NCBI GenBank assembly: GCA_902825875.1 | Contig: CADECP010000038.1 | Location: forward strand, 1,915 to 65,914 | Direction: 5' to 3' | Length of the DNA: 64,000 bases | Source of the DNA: an uncultured Acidobacteriota bacterium | Lineage (GTDB): Bacteria; Acidobacteriota; Blastocatellia; RBC074 | Part shown: piece by piece, positions 27,276-35,740 of the stretch | Numbering within the stretch: the stretch's first letter is position 1 | Layout of the letters: each line of letters starts with the position of its first letter | Notes under the pieces: generated by a model | The model's input: only the letters and a program-made list of their open reading frames with translations | The model's database searches: none | What the model was told of the DNA's origin: nothing | Position numbers and translations under genes: made by a program

Positions 27276-27388
27276 GCTTTCAGCTATGGCACAGGCTCAG
27301 TCGGGTTGTAGTTGTAAATTCTCGTAAAACTCTTTTCCAAACAGCAAAGCGCGCCTTACATCGGCTCGATTTTGCTTATACTCAGCCG

Positions 27389-27422
27389 CTACATTTCAGA
27401 TTCAACTACATTTCAGATTCAA
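27389..27422 (+). repeat. Two tandem copies of the 17-nt unit CTACATTTCAGATTCAA.
   Basis: The perfect direct repeat lies 40-70 nt upstream of the esterase ATG. A third, degenerate copy (CTACATTTCAGAATCGT) is at 28729-28745. Confidence 0.6.
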
Positions 27423-27461
27423 AACCGACGCGACCGATCCGATTTTCTCAATGGAGATTTT

Positions 27462-28652
27462 ATGAAACGACTTTTCCTTTTTGTTTCTCTGTGCCTGACG
27501 CTGACGTTTGTCGCTTATGGGCAAAACAATCAAACGATTCAGCGGTTGACCATCAAATCCGCGGTCATGGGCGAAGAGCGCGTGATTTTGGTGCATACGC
27601 CCGCCGGATACGCCAACGGCAAACAACGGTATCCGGTGTTGTACCTGACCGACGGCAACGCGCATCTGGCTCACACCGTTGCGACAATTGATTTCCTGGC
27701 GCGAGCCGGACGAATGCCCGAACTAATCATCGTCGCCATCAACAACACAGACCGCACACGCGATCTGACGCCGACCAACGCCTCTATGAAGCGCGACGAC
27801 GGTTCTCCAGCTCTGTTGCCGACTTCGGGCGGAGCCGACAAATTCCTGAAGTTCATCGAAACAGAATTGATCCCCAGCATTGAAAGCGACTATCGCGTCC
27901 AGCCGTATCGCATTTTCGCCGGGCATTCTTTCGGCGGATTGTTCGCGCTGCACGCAATGCTGACACGACCAGAATTGTTCAACGCCTTCATCGCCGTCAG
28001 CCCGACCATGCATTGGGACAATCACTTGCTGTCGCGCAAAGCCGAAGCCTTTTTCAAAGATCGAAAAGAACTCAACCGCACGCTGTATCTGACTTTGGCC
28101 AACGAAGGCGGCGAAGCCAAAATCGGCTTTGAACGCTTCAAGGCGATTGTGACCAAAAACACTCCGAAAGGATTTTCCTTTGGCTCTGCGTTGATGGAAG
28201 ACGAAGACCACGGCTCAGTAGTGATGCCCAGCCATTACGCCGGATTTCGCAAAGTCTTTGAAGGCTGGCAACTGACCGGAACCGTCGCCAATGTTGGGCA
28301 AGTTGAAGCCCACTACAAAAAACTGTCGGCGCGGTTTGGCTACACCGTGCTGCCGCCCGAAGTGATGATGAACCTGTTCGGTTATCAATTGGTTGGCTTG
28401 GGCAAAAACGACGAAGCCCTCGCCGTGTTCAAACTCAACGTCAAAAACTACGCCGAATCGGCGAACGTTTACGACAGCCTGGCCGAGTTTTACGAAAAGA
28501 CCGGCAAGCTGGACATGGCCAAACCGAATTATGCAAAAGCGGTGGAGCTTGGCGCTCAAACCAACGATCCGAACCTTCAGGTTTACAAAACGAACCTCGA
28601 CCGTGTCAGCGAAGCTCTGAAGAAATCCGCCGAAGCCAAAGGCAACAAGTAA
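27462..28652 (+). CDS. Secreted esterase (putative-esterase/enterochelin-esterase-like alpha/beta hydrolase) with a C-terminal TPR.
   Basis: A signal peptide is followed by YPVLYLTDGNAHL and GHSFGG (nucleophile elbow). TPR-like helices occupy the last ~100 aa. A GGAG ribosome-binding site is present. Confidence 0.65.
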   Translation: MKRLFLFVSLCLTLTFVAYGQNNQTIQRLTIKSAVMGEERVILVHTPAGYANGKQRYPVLYLTDGNAHLAHTVATIDFLARAGRMPELIIVAINNTDRTRDLTPTNASMKRDDGSPALLPTSGGADKFLKFIETELIPSIESDYRVQPYRIFAGHSFGGLFALHAMLTRPELFNAFIAVSPTMHWDNHLLSRKAEAFFKDRKELNRTLYLTLANEGGEAKIGFERFKAIVTKNTPKGFSFGSALMEDEDHGSVVMPSHYAGFRKVFEGWQLTGTVANVGQVEAHYKKLSARFGYTVLPPEVMMNLFGYQLVGLGKNDEALAVFKLNVKNYAESANVYDSLAEFYEKTGKLDMAKPNYAKAVELGAQTNDPNLQVYKTNLDRVSEALKKSAEAKGNK

Positions 28653-28670
28653 AGCTTCGACTCCAAAAAC

Positions 28671-28715
28671 AAAAAGCGCGAGCCTTGAGCATAGACTCAA
28701 AGCTCGCGCTTTTTT
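28671..28715 (+). terminator. Rho-independent terminator of the esterase gene.
   Basis: AAAAGCGCGAGCCTTGAGCATAGACTCAAAGCTCGCGCTTTTTTG is a hairpin followed by a T-tract. Confidence 0.6.
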
Positions 28716-28729
28716 GAATTGGTTTCCGG

Positions 28730-29132
28730 CTACATTTCAGAATCGTGCCTGCCGACGTAAAGTCGTCCGTCGTAATCCACGATGCCGAGTTTCAATTGCT
28801 GCATCCAGCCATGACGACCGAGCACGTTGCGAGGGAAATTGGGCATTGCGGCGAAATAGGCGACAACCTCTAACTCAAACCCCAGTGCAGAAAGCGTTAC
28901 CGGATGCCCATAGGCAACGAAAGAACCCATCGCCGTAGAAATTCGCTCAAGAGTTCCGCTTTCAATAATCAATCCCAATTCCTCTCCGTGCTCCCGCTTG
29001 AAAATGCAAAAACTGGAGCCGCAATCAAGCTTTGCTGAAATTTTGAGCGATTTTTCGGCAAGCCTTAACTCTACCGGCAATGTGATGCCAGCCTCGCCGG
29101 GGTCGTATTCGTGGATGATTTCAAAAGAAAGC
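28730..29132 (-). CDS. Hypothetical protein, possibly a degenerate retropepsin-like fold.
   Basis: The start is probably the GTG at about 29130, which has a GGAGG ribosome-binding site, rather than the overlapping ATG at 29260. LDCGSS resembles a degenerate D-T/S-G-A aspartyl-protease motif. Confidence 0.35.
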
Positions 29133-29144
29133 GTCGGCTGCACC

Positions 29145-29540
29145 TTACCATCCTCCAAACGGCAAATCGTCGGTTGGCAAAACCTGCTCAACAAAAGGAG
29201 ATAACAATCCGGCTTCTCTGGCGGCCTGATAAACCTTGCGGGCGTCAACCCCGTGAGCAATCAGACGTTCACCATCCAATGCCACCCATTGCCCGATGTA
29301 TTCGCTGCGATGAGCTTTCAGCCAATTCAATTCGAGTGAAAGATCAATCGGCTCTACGCGCTTGATCGGTTTGGATTTTGGTTCCGTTGGATCGGCGATT
29401 GTTTGTCCGTTCATCGTTGAAAGCACGCCAACCTGTCGCAAGGTTTCAGTAAGTTCGACATCGTGGCCAAACAGGCTGCGCGGAATGAACGCGCCGTCTT
29501 CGGTGATGGTGATTTGATTGTCCGCTATTGTTTCCAACAT
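29145..29540 (-). CDS. DUF5678-like small protein.
   Basis: The C-terminal half (EYIGQWVALDGERLIAHGVDARKVYQAAREAG) matches the DUF5678 pattern. Confidence 0.4.
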   Translation of the reverse strand: MLETIADNQITITEDGAFIPRSLFGHDVELTETLRQVGVLSTMNGQTIADPTEPKSKPIKRVEPIDLSLELNWLKAHRSEYIGQWVALDGERLIAHGVDARKVYQAAREAGLLSPFVEQVLPTDDLPFGGW

Positions 29541-29599
29541 AAGGTTTTACCTCCGCCGCAAAGTCTGCCTGCTTTTGGTGGCGTCGGCAATCTTCTTGC

Positions 29600-31105
29600 T
29601 TACTTGCCGCTGGTTTCTCCCAACTCTTTTAGCACAGCATCCAGATTGGCTTTGACAAGTTTCGTGTTCGGATGCTCATCGCCAAGAAACTGGCGAAGGA
29701 TGCCGAGTGAGCGTTCCAAGAGATTTTTGGCTTGTTGTAATTCGCCCAAATCTCGGAGTACGCAAGCAAGACCATTGAGACGATTGGCGATCTTCGGGTG
29801 GTTTTGACCGAAGGCTGCTTCGTCAATTTCCAGCGAACGTTCGAGAAGGTTTATGGCTTTTTTAGTCTCGCCCAAATCGTTTAACACGGAAGCGAGATTG
29901 TTAAGTCCAGTAGCAACATTAGGGTGATTGGGGCCGAAATTAACTTCATCAATTTTGAGCGATCTCTCAAGTAGAATTTTTGCCTGTTCCAATTCGCCCA
30001 AATTTTTTAGTACAGAAGCCAAATTGTTTAGTTTGGTGGCAACCAGAGGGTGGTCGTTTCCTAAAGATTGTTCGTCAATTTTGAGGGCACGTTCAGACAT
30101 GGCTTTGGCTTGTTGTAATTCGCCCAAATCTTTTAGCACTGAAGCGAGGTTGTCGAGATGAGCGGCAACATTAGGATGGTTAGCCCCGAATGTTTCAGTG
30201 GCTATATTGACAGCACGTTCTAGTAAGATTTTGGATTCTTGTAACTCCCCCATGTCTTTGAGTGCGTAAGCCAAATTATTAAGCCGAGTCGCAACGTCGG
30301 GATGGTCAGTGCCAAAAGCTTTTTCAGATATTTTTAGTGCTTGCGTTAAATAGTTACGTGACTGCTGGTACTCCGCTCTTTGCAAATATAGTCTTCCAAG
30401 CCGGTCGAGCAGGTCGGATTGTTCAACGGCTTCGGCTTGGGAAAGATTATTTGGATCGGAATTGGATTGAGCCTTGGCCAGCAATTCCTTGAGTACGTCT
30501 TCCCAACGGTCGCGTTCGTCTTTGCTCATCCAGCGTTGGTCTTCAGTGTCCCGAATTGTCTCCAGTGTTTCGCGCGAAGCTGCCGCTCGCATTCGTTGGG
30601 GAACTTCCAGGTCATAAACTCCGCTGTACCAGTCGTATAAATCCGGCGCGTTTCTGGCCATCAGGGTCAGCGCGTATTCCGGCAGCCAGAACACCATCGG
30701 TCGCCGCATCCTTTGAAAAAAGCCGCGCCGCCAATTCAATTCCTGAGTCGTAGCCCAAACTCGATCTTCGTCGCGCGAAGGCAGCAGGTTTTCCAAACCG
30801 GTGATGAAGACAACGGCGTCTTCTGAAACGCCTTCCAGTTTGGTTTCGACAAAGCCGTCCACCGACGGGCGAGTTTTCTGATCCATTTCAGCCAGCGGGC
30901 TGGTGTCCACAACAACCAGCGGGCGGGTTAAGCGCGAGCGAATGGCTTCGGTCAGTTTAGCTCTGTAAGTGGGAACGTTGCAGTGGGCGAAGTAAAGCGA
31001 AAAGCCTTTGACTCGCTTCAACGTCTCAATGAACCGCGCGAGGTCGGGCTGTTCGGCGAACAGTTGAGCGTGAGCGTCTCTCTCGGTTTCGTTCGGTTCT
31101 GCCAT
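29600..31105 (-). CDS. TPR-repeat protein (kinesin-light-chain-like TPR_10/12 repeats) with a roughly 170-aa non-TPR N-terminal domain.
   Basis: It carries seven to eight 42-aa repeats of the form A..LNNLA.VL.DLGEL..A. Its start codon lies 2 nt after the stop of the upstream ATPase gene. Confidence 0.7.
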   Translation of the reverse strand: MAEPNETERDAHAQLFAEQPDLARFIETLKRVKGFSLYFAHCNVPTYRAKLTEAIRSRLTRPLVVVDTSPLAEMDQKTRPSVDGFVETKLEGVSEDAVVFITGLENLLPSRDEDRVWATTQELNWRRGFFQRMRRPMVFWLPEYALTLMARNAPDLYDWYSGVYDLEVPQRMRAAASRETLETIRDTEDQRWMSKDERDRWEDVLKELLAKAQSNSDPNNLSQAEAVEQSDLLDRLGRLYLQRAEYQQSRNYLTQALKISEKAFGTDHPDVATRLNNLAYALKDMGELQESKILLERAVNIATETFGANHPNVAAHLDNLASVLKDLGELQQAKAMSERALKIDEQSLGNDHPLVATKLNNLASVLKNLGELEQAKILLERSLKIDEVNFGPNHPNVATGLNNLASVLNDLGETKKAINLLERSLEIDEAAFGQNHPKIANRLNGLACVLRDLGELQQAKNLLERSLGILRQFLGDEHPNTKLVKANLDAVLKELGETSGK

Positions 31106-31107
31106 AG

Positions 31108-32415
31108 TTATTTTGAAGTTTCAGGGTTAGCCAGAAATTCTCGCATGCGCGGCAGGCTGCGAACCATCGGGTGAACATCTGCCCATCTCAGACCATTTTC
31201 GTATTCGTGAACCAGGCGCAAATTCAGCAGTCGGCTTTCGCTTTGTTCGCCGGACAATCGTTGCGTGTTGGAAATTCTGGCCAACGTGGGCAAATCTTCA
31301 TCGCGCAGGATGCGGTCGAATTCTTTGGCCATTCGGCTGGTGGCATCTTCCACATCGTCGTCATTGATTTTGTCGGGGAAGTTGTCCGCAGAAAGTCGAA
31401 CCAGTCGCAATAAATCTCTGACCGAACCGCCACACATTGCAATCAATTGATTGACCGATTCGGGATTTTCAAACACGTCTTCAATGGCAACACGCGAACT
31501 GACGACTTGATGCAGTGCATTGATGCCTTCTTCGTTGTTTTGATTGACCATTGGCAAAATAACCAACTCATCGGAGTAGGCGTGCCCCAGATTGACGTTG
31601 AACGCCAAAAAGATCGGCAGCGTGTAAATGATGTGGCAATCGGGTGATTTCAATTGGTCAGCGTGACGAATGAAAAGTACCGATTGATTAGACGTGCCAT
31701 CTTCTTCTCGGTAGTGCATTTTTTCCAGCCCATCCACAATCACGACCAGATCGTGAAAATTGCCGTCGCGCACCAGATTCCGGGCATTACCGATGAAGAC
31801 GTTCAACCGTTCAATAAAATCCCCAAGTTCGTTATCCAATCGTTGGCGGATTTCTGAGCGGCGATTGCTGGAAGCCTTAAGGTGGCTGGTAACCATCGCC
31901 AAGGCTCGTGCTAGTAATGGCAATTTGGAATCAATGCCGAATTCAGTTTTGAGTGAAGCCTCGCCTTCGATTTTTTGCTCAATGATCAAAATTTTTTCGG
32001 CAAACCATTGATCGAGGCTTTCGCGCAATTTGGCGTCAATCTCAATTTTTGCGTCACTTAGCTCTTTTTCAATTGCCTTGGTGATTGCTACCAGCACATC
32101 TTGGTATCTGATGTCCGCCAGATCGAGCACATCTTCCACGTCGAAGTAGACGACGAAATACCCTTCTTTCCTGAGTTGATCCTGTAACTGGAAAAGTTCG
32201 GTGGATTTACCGCAACCGCGATGCCCGCTGACCAATTGATGATGGTAACGACCAGGTTCGGCGTGTTTGATCTTGTTCGCAATCTTTTTGGCAATGTTGC
32301 TGCGGATGCCGCGAGCTTTGGTTAGGTCAACAAAACGTTTGTCGCCGGGTTGCAAAGGAATATCGGGGTGACAGGCGGAATAAGCTTCGTCCACTGTGTG
32401 AACCGGGTAGATCAT
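31108..32415 (-). CDS. P-loop NTPase with ABC-like Walker A/Walker B spacing.
   Basis: Walker A is GHRGCGKST and Walker B is LVVIVDGLEK, about 190 aa downstream. This spacing is typical of ABC/AAA_15-type ATPases rather than STAND NTPases. The likely start is the ATG at 32415 (MIYPVHT). Confidence 0.65.
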   Translation of the reverse strand: MIYPVHTVDEAYSACHPDIPLQPGDKRFVDLTKARGIRSNIAKKIANKIKHAEPGRYHHQLVSGHRGCGKSTELFQLQDQLRKEGYFVVYFDVEDVLDLADIRYQDVLVAITKAIEKELSDAKIEIDAKLRESLDQWFAEKILIIEQKIEGEASLKTEFGIDSKLPLLARALAMVTSHLKASSNRRSEIRQRLDNELGDFIERLNVFIGNARNLVRDGNFHDLVVIVDGLEKMHYREEDGTSNQSVLFIRHADQLKSPDCHIIYTLPIFLAFNVNLGHAYSDELVILPMVNQNNEEGINALHQVVSSRVAIEDVFENPESVNQLIAMCGGSVRDLLRLVRLSADNFPDKINDDDVEDATSRMAKEFDRILRDEDLPTLARISNTQRLSGEQSESRLLNLRLVHEYENGLRWADVHPMVRSLPRMREFLANPETSK

Positions 32416-32512
32416 AATTGCCTCTGAGTTTGGGATTCGATGTGAAACCGGCGGGATTATACAACGCGGCAAAGGGCTTGTCGTTAATGGCGTTTGTGGC
32501 ACAATCGCGCCG

Positions 32513-33928
32513 ATGATTGACGCGGCTGACAAACAATTCACTCTTCAATTCGATGCCGGGACTTTGCTGCTGGACGGCGCGGATCGTTCGTTCGAGGCTC
32601 CGCCGCCGTTTGAATGGGACGATAGAGTTAAGCGTTGGCGCGCTCAGGCCATTGCCTATCGCCAAATCGTTACAGAATTAACCCGCCGAAAAATCGCTCA
32701 CGAAGACAAAGCTCGCCAATACATCGAATTCCAATTCAAAGCCGAACTGACCGCCGAACCTCGCCCGTATCAGGAAGAATCCATCGCCGCCTGGAAAAAA
32801 GCCGGGCGACGCGGAACTGTCATTTTGCCAACCGGAGCGGGCAAGACTTTTGTCGCTCAGATGGCGATTGAAATGGTCAGTCGTTCGACGCTGGTCATTG
32901 TGCCTACGATTGATTTGATGAATCAGTGGTATGACTTGCTGCTGTCTTCGTTCAACGCCGAAATTGGTTTGATCGGCGGAGGGTATTTTGAACGCGGCGC
33001 GATTGTCGTCACGACTTACGCTTCGGCTTTTCGGTTTATGGAGCGAATGGGCGGAGAATTCGGTTTCATCATCTTCGACGAATGCCACCACTTGCCGAGC
33101 GATGTTTATCGTTACGCTGCGGAAATGGCGATTGCTCCGTTTCGGCTGGGGTTGACCGCAACTCCCGAACGCGCCGACGGCGGCGAAGAATTATTGGAAC
33201 GGTTGATCGGGCCGATTGTTTATCGCAAAGAAGCTCAGCATCTGGCCGGAGAGTTTCTGGCCGATTACACGACCGAAAAGATTTCCGTCGTGCTGTCGCC
33301 CGCAGAGCGCGAGCTTTACGAAAGCGAACGAAATATCTTTCGCCAGTTCACGCGCGAAAAGGGAATTTACTTCGGCGATCCGCGCGGCTGGCAGCAGTTC
33401 ATTATGATGAGCGCGCGCAGCCAGGAAGGCCGCCGCGCAATGCAGGCTTACCGCGAATCCAAGCGCATCGCTCTGGGCAACGATGCCAAAGTTCACGTGC
33501 TGGAAAAGTTGATGCAGCGTCATCGCCGCGAACGACTGATAGTTTTCACGGCGGAAAACGAAATGGTTTATCGCATCTCCGAACAGTTTTTGGTTCCGGC
33601 CATCACGCACGAAACTCCGATCAAGGAGCGTCGAATGTGGCTGGAAGCTTTCAACAAAGGCGACGTGCTGACTTTGGTGACTTCAAAAGTCTTGAACGAA
33701 GGCGTCAACATTCCAGAAGCTTCGGTGGCTGTGGTGCTTTCTGGTTCCGGGTCTTCGCGCGAACACATTCAACGGCTGGGACGAATTTTGCGAAAACAGC
33801 CGGACAAACAAGCAGTGCTTTACGAAGTCATCACGGCTCAGACCGCCGAAGAAAACATCAGCCAACGCCGCACAGACGCCAGACAGTTTCAACGCGATCA
33901 AGCTCTGGGCGACGATTGGATGCAATGA
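32513..33928 (+). CDS. XPB/ERCC3-like superfamily-2 DNA helicase.
   Basis: Helicase motif I (ILPTGAGKTFVA), motif II (DECHH) and motif III (GLTATPER) are present, together with RED-like and C-terminal helicase motifs. The protein is 471 aa. Confidence 0.75.
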   Translation: MIDAADKQFTLQFDAGTLLLDGADRSFEAPPPFEWDDRVKRWRAQAIAYRQIVTELTRRKIAHEDKARQYIEFQFKAELTAEPRPYQEESIAAWKKAGRRGTVILPTGAGKTFVAQMAIEMVSRSTLVIVPTIDLMNQWYDLLLSSFNAEIGLIGGGYFERGAIVVTTYASAFRFMERMGGEFGFIIFDECHHLPSDVYRYAAEMAIAPFRLGLTATPERADGGEELLERLIGPIVYRKEAQHLAGEFLADYTTEKISVVLSPAERELYESERNIFRQFTREKGIYFGDPRGWQQFIMMSARSQEGRRAMQAYRESKRIALGNDAKVHVLEKLMQRHRRERLIVFTAENEMVYRISEQFLVPAITHETPIKERRMWLEAFNKGDVLTLVTSKVLNEGVNIPEASVAVVLSGSGSSREHIQRLGRILRKQPDKQAVLYEVITAQTAEENISQRRTDARQFQRDQALGDDWMQ

Positions 33929-33951
33929 TTGAGATGGCAAAAAACTTTGTC

Positions 33952-34013
33952 CACGAAGGGCACGAAGGGCACGAAGGGCACGAAGGGCACGAAGGGCACG
34001 AAGCTTCACGAAG
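33952..34013. repeat. (CACGAAGGG)5 tandem 9-mer repeat with two degenerate copies.
   Basis: Five perfect 9-nt units span 33952-33996. They are followed by CACGAAGC, TTCACGAAG and a CACGAAG/CTTCGTG hairpin at 34006-34050. Confidence 0.8.
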
Positions 34014-34083
34014 AAAATTCGTCAAAACTTTGTGTTCCTTCGTGTTCTTCGTGGATGTGGTTTTACTTTGCAGTTGAAGAAAA

Positions 34084-35286
34084 ATGCTCACAGCAGATTT
34101 AGCCATTAGTTTTCAACGCGGCGATAAAGTAACTCCGCGCCGAATGGAGCCGGACGCCGGGAGTCTTCAAATTGCCGAAGACCTGATCTGCATTTTTGCC
34201 GAACAGCTTCAGCATCGCCGGTCGGAACTTGATGCCGAGTTGAACGAATACGTCGGCACAGGAACCGATTACAGGATCATTCGCGGATTGATAAAGCTGT
34301 TGCTGGACGGTTGCGAATTTGAAACCGGTGGAGCCATCGAACCGGCGGAACTTCGCCAACGACTTTTCCTCAAAGCCAAACATCATCATCCCGTCACGCC
34401 TGCCATTCGCCAACAGTTGATAGCCGAGCTTGCGGCGGAGTTGGCGGTTGAATCCGAAACCATTTCCGACGGATTGTTTGCAGACCTCAGCGACAACCAG
34501 CGATTGATTTCGTTTGAAGCTCCGACGCCAACGGGTTTGATCACGCAATACAATCTGGCTCAGGCGCAGGCTTTGCTGTATCGCTGCGTTGAATTGAAGT
34601 TGACCGTCACTCCGCAAGACGCCGCTGGGTATCGGCGATTGTTCGCGGCCATCAAACGTTACAACCTGATTCACACCGTGAAAGGAAGCGCGGAGACTGG
34701 ATATTTGGTGACTCTGAGCGGGCCGTTGTCGCTGTTTCATCGTTCGCAAAAGTACGGCATTCGGATGGCGGTGTTTCTTCCCGCCTTGCTGGAATGTAGC
34801 GGTTGGCGATTGCGCGCCGAAATCGAAGGCAAGCGAGGTAATGCGTTTTACGAACTCAACAGCGAGCAGCAAAACCTGTTGCCGCGTCAGCAATTCAACT
34901 GGATGGAAAGCGCCGACCAATCAGAAGTGCTGAACAAATTTCTGACGGCTTGGGCGCGATTGCAAAACGAATGGCAGGCGACGGTTTCAACCGAAGTGAT
35001 TGATTTGGGCGGAACGGCTTTTGTGCCAGATGCTGTGTTGGAAAATGCCGACGGGCAAAAAGTGTTTGTCGAATTTTTCGGCTTCTGGACGCCGCGATAT
35101 TTGCAGGATCGGCTGGCGGAATTTGAACGCAGCGGCTTCACAAATTTCGTGCTGCTGGTTTCCGAAGAGTTATGCGGCAGCCGCGAAGCTCCGACGAATT
35201 TGCCGCCGAACGTCGTCAGTTACAAAACTTCGCCGGATGCGCGATTGGTGCTGACGGCGATTGGTTGCGACGAAAAACGGCTGTGA
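34084..35286 (+). CDS. Bax1-like (DUF790) nuclease partner of XPB.
   Basis: The call rests mainly on context: a ~400-aa protein sits immediately downstream of an XPB homologue, as in archaeal and bacterial XPB-Bax1 pairs. No catalytic motif could be verified by eye. Confidence 0.45.
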   Translation: MLTADLAISFQRGDKVTPRRMEPDAGSLQIAEDLICIFAEQLQHRRSELDAELNEYVGTGTDYRIIRGLIKLLLDGCEFETGGAIEPAELRQRLFLKAKHHHPVTPAIRQQLIAELAAELAVESETISDGLFADLSDNQRLISFEAPTPTGLITQYNLAQAQALLYRCVELKLTVTPQDAAGYRRLFAAIKRYNLIHTVKGSAETGYLVTLSGPLSLFHRSQKYGIRMAVFLPALLECSGWRLRAEIEGKRGNAFYELNSEQQNLLPRQQFNWMESADQSEVLNKFLTAWARLQNEWQATVSTEVIDLGGTAFVPDAVLENADGQKVFVEFFGFWTPRYLQDRLAEFERSGFTNFVLLVSEELCGSREAPTNLPPNVVSYKTSPDARLVLTAIGCDEKRL

Positions 35287-35329
35287 TACTCTTTTGATCG
35301 TTTTCAAAGCATTGCCAACCGATAACAGC

Positions 35330-35740
35330 ATGCATCAGGTCATAGAGTTCTATCAGCAGAATTTGCAGCTTGCGCGCGAAACCGGAAACCGGCGCGACGA
35401 AATGAGTGCGCTCGCCAGTTTAGGACGCGCCCACGAAGCTCTGGAAGAGCGCGACAAGGCGATTGAGTTTTACGAACTGGCGCTGAAAATCGCTGGCGAT
35501 CTGGGCGATGGCCGCGCCGAGCGACAAACGCTCAAGCATTTGAACGACGCCAGAAATCCAAAACCTGCCAAATCAGCAAAAACAGTTTCAAAAACTTCTG
35601 CTTCACGAAAAGCGGCCAAAAAACGCTCAACGACCGCCGCCAAAAAAAGTCGGAAAGCTTCCCCCAAACAATACGAGCGAAAGGTTGGGCGGCTGATGGC
35701 GGAACAACAAACTTCTTCGCCATCGAACAAAGAAGAATGA
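35330..35740 (+). CDS. Small TPR-like protein with a Lys/Ala/Ser-rich, histone-H1-like C-terminal tail.
   Basis: It has TPR-like helices (ALASLGRAHEALEERDKAIEFYELALKIAG) followed by KPAKSAKTVSKTSASRKAAKKRSTTAAKKSRKAS. Confidence 0.45.
   Translation: MHQVIEFYQQNLQLARETGNRRDEMSALASLGRAHEALEERDKAIEFYELALKIAGDLGDGRAERQTLKHLNDARNPKPAKSAKTVSKTSASRKAAKKRSTTAAKKSRKASPKQYERKVGRLMAEQQTSSPSNKEE

Noticed and set aside
27285-27326. A 13-codon ORF (MAQAQSGCSCKFS) immediately after the DUF2063-like gene, considered as a possible MNIO precursor peptide.
   Set aside because: It is too short for a leader-plus-core precursor, has no ribosome-binding site and lies in a different frame from any neighbour. It is retained only as a note within the MNIO finding.
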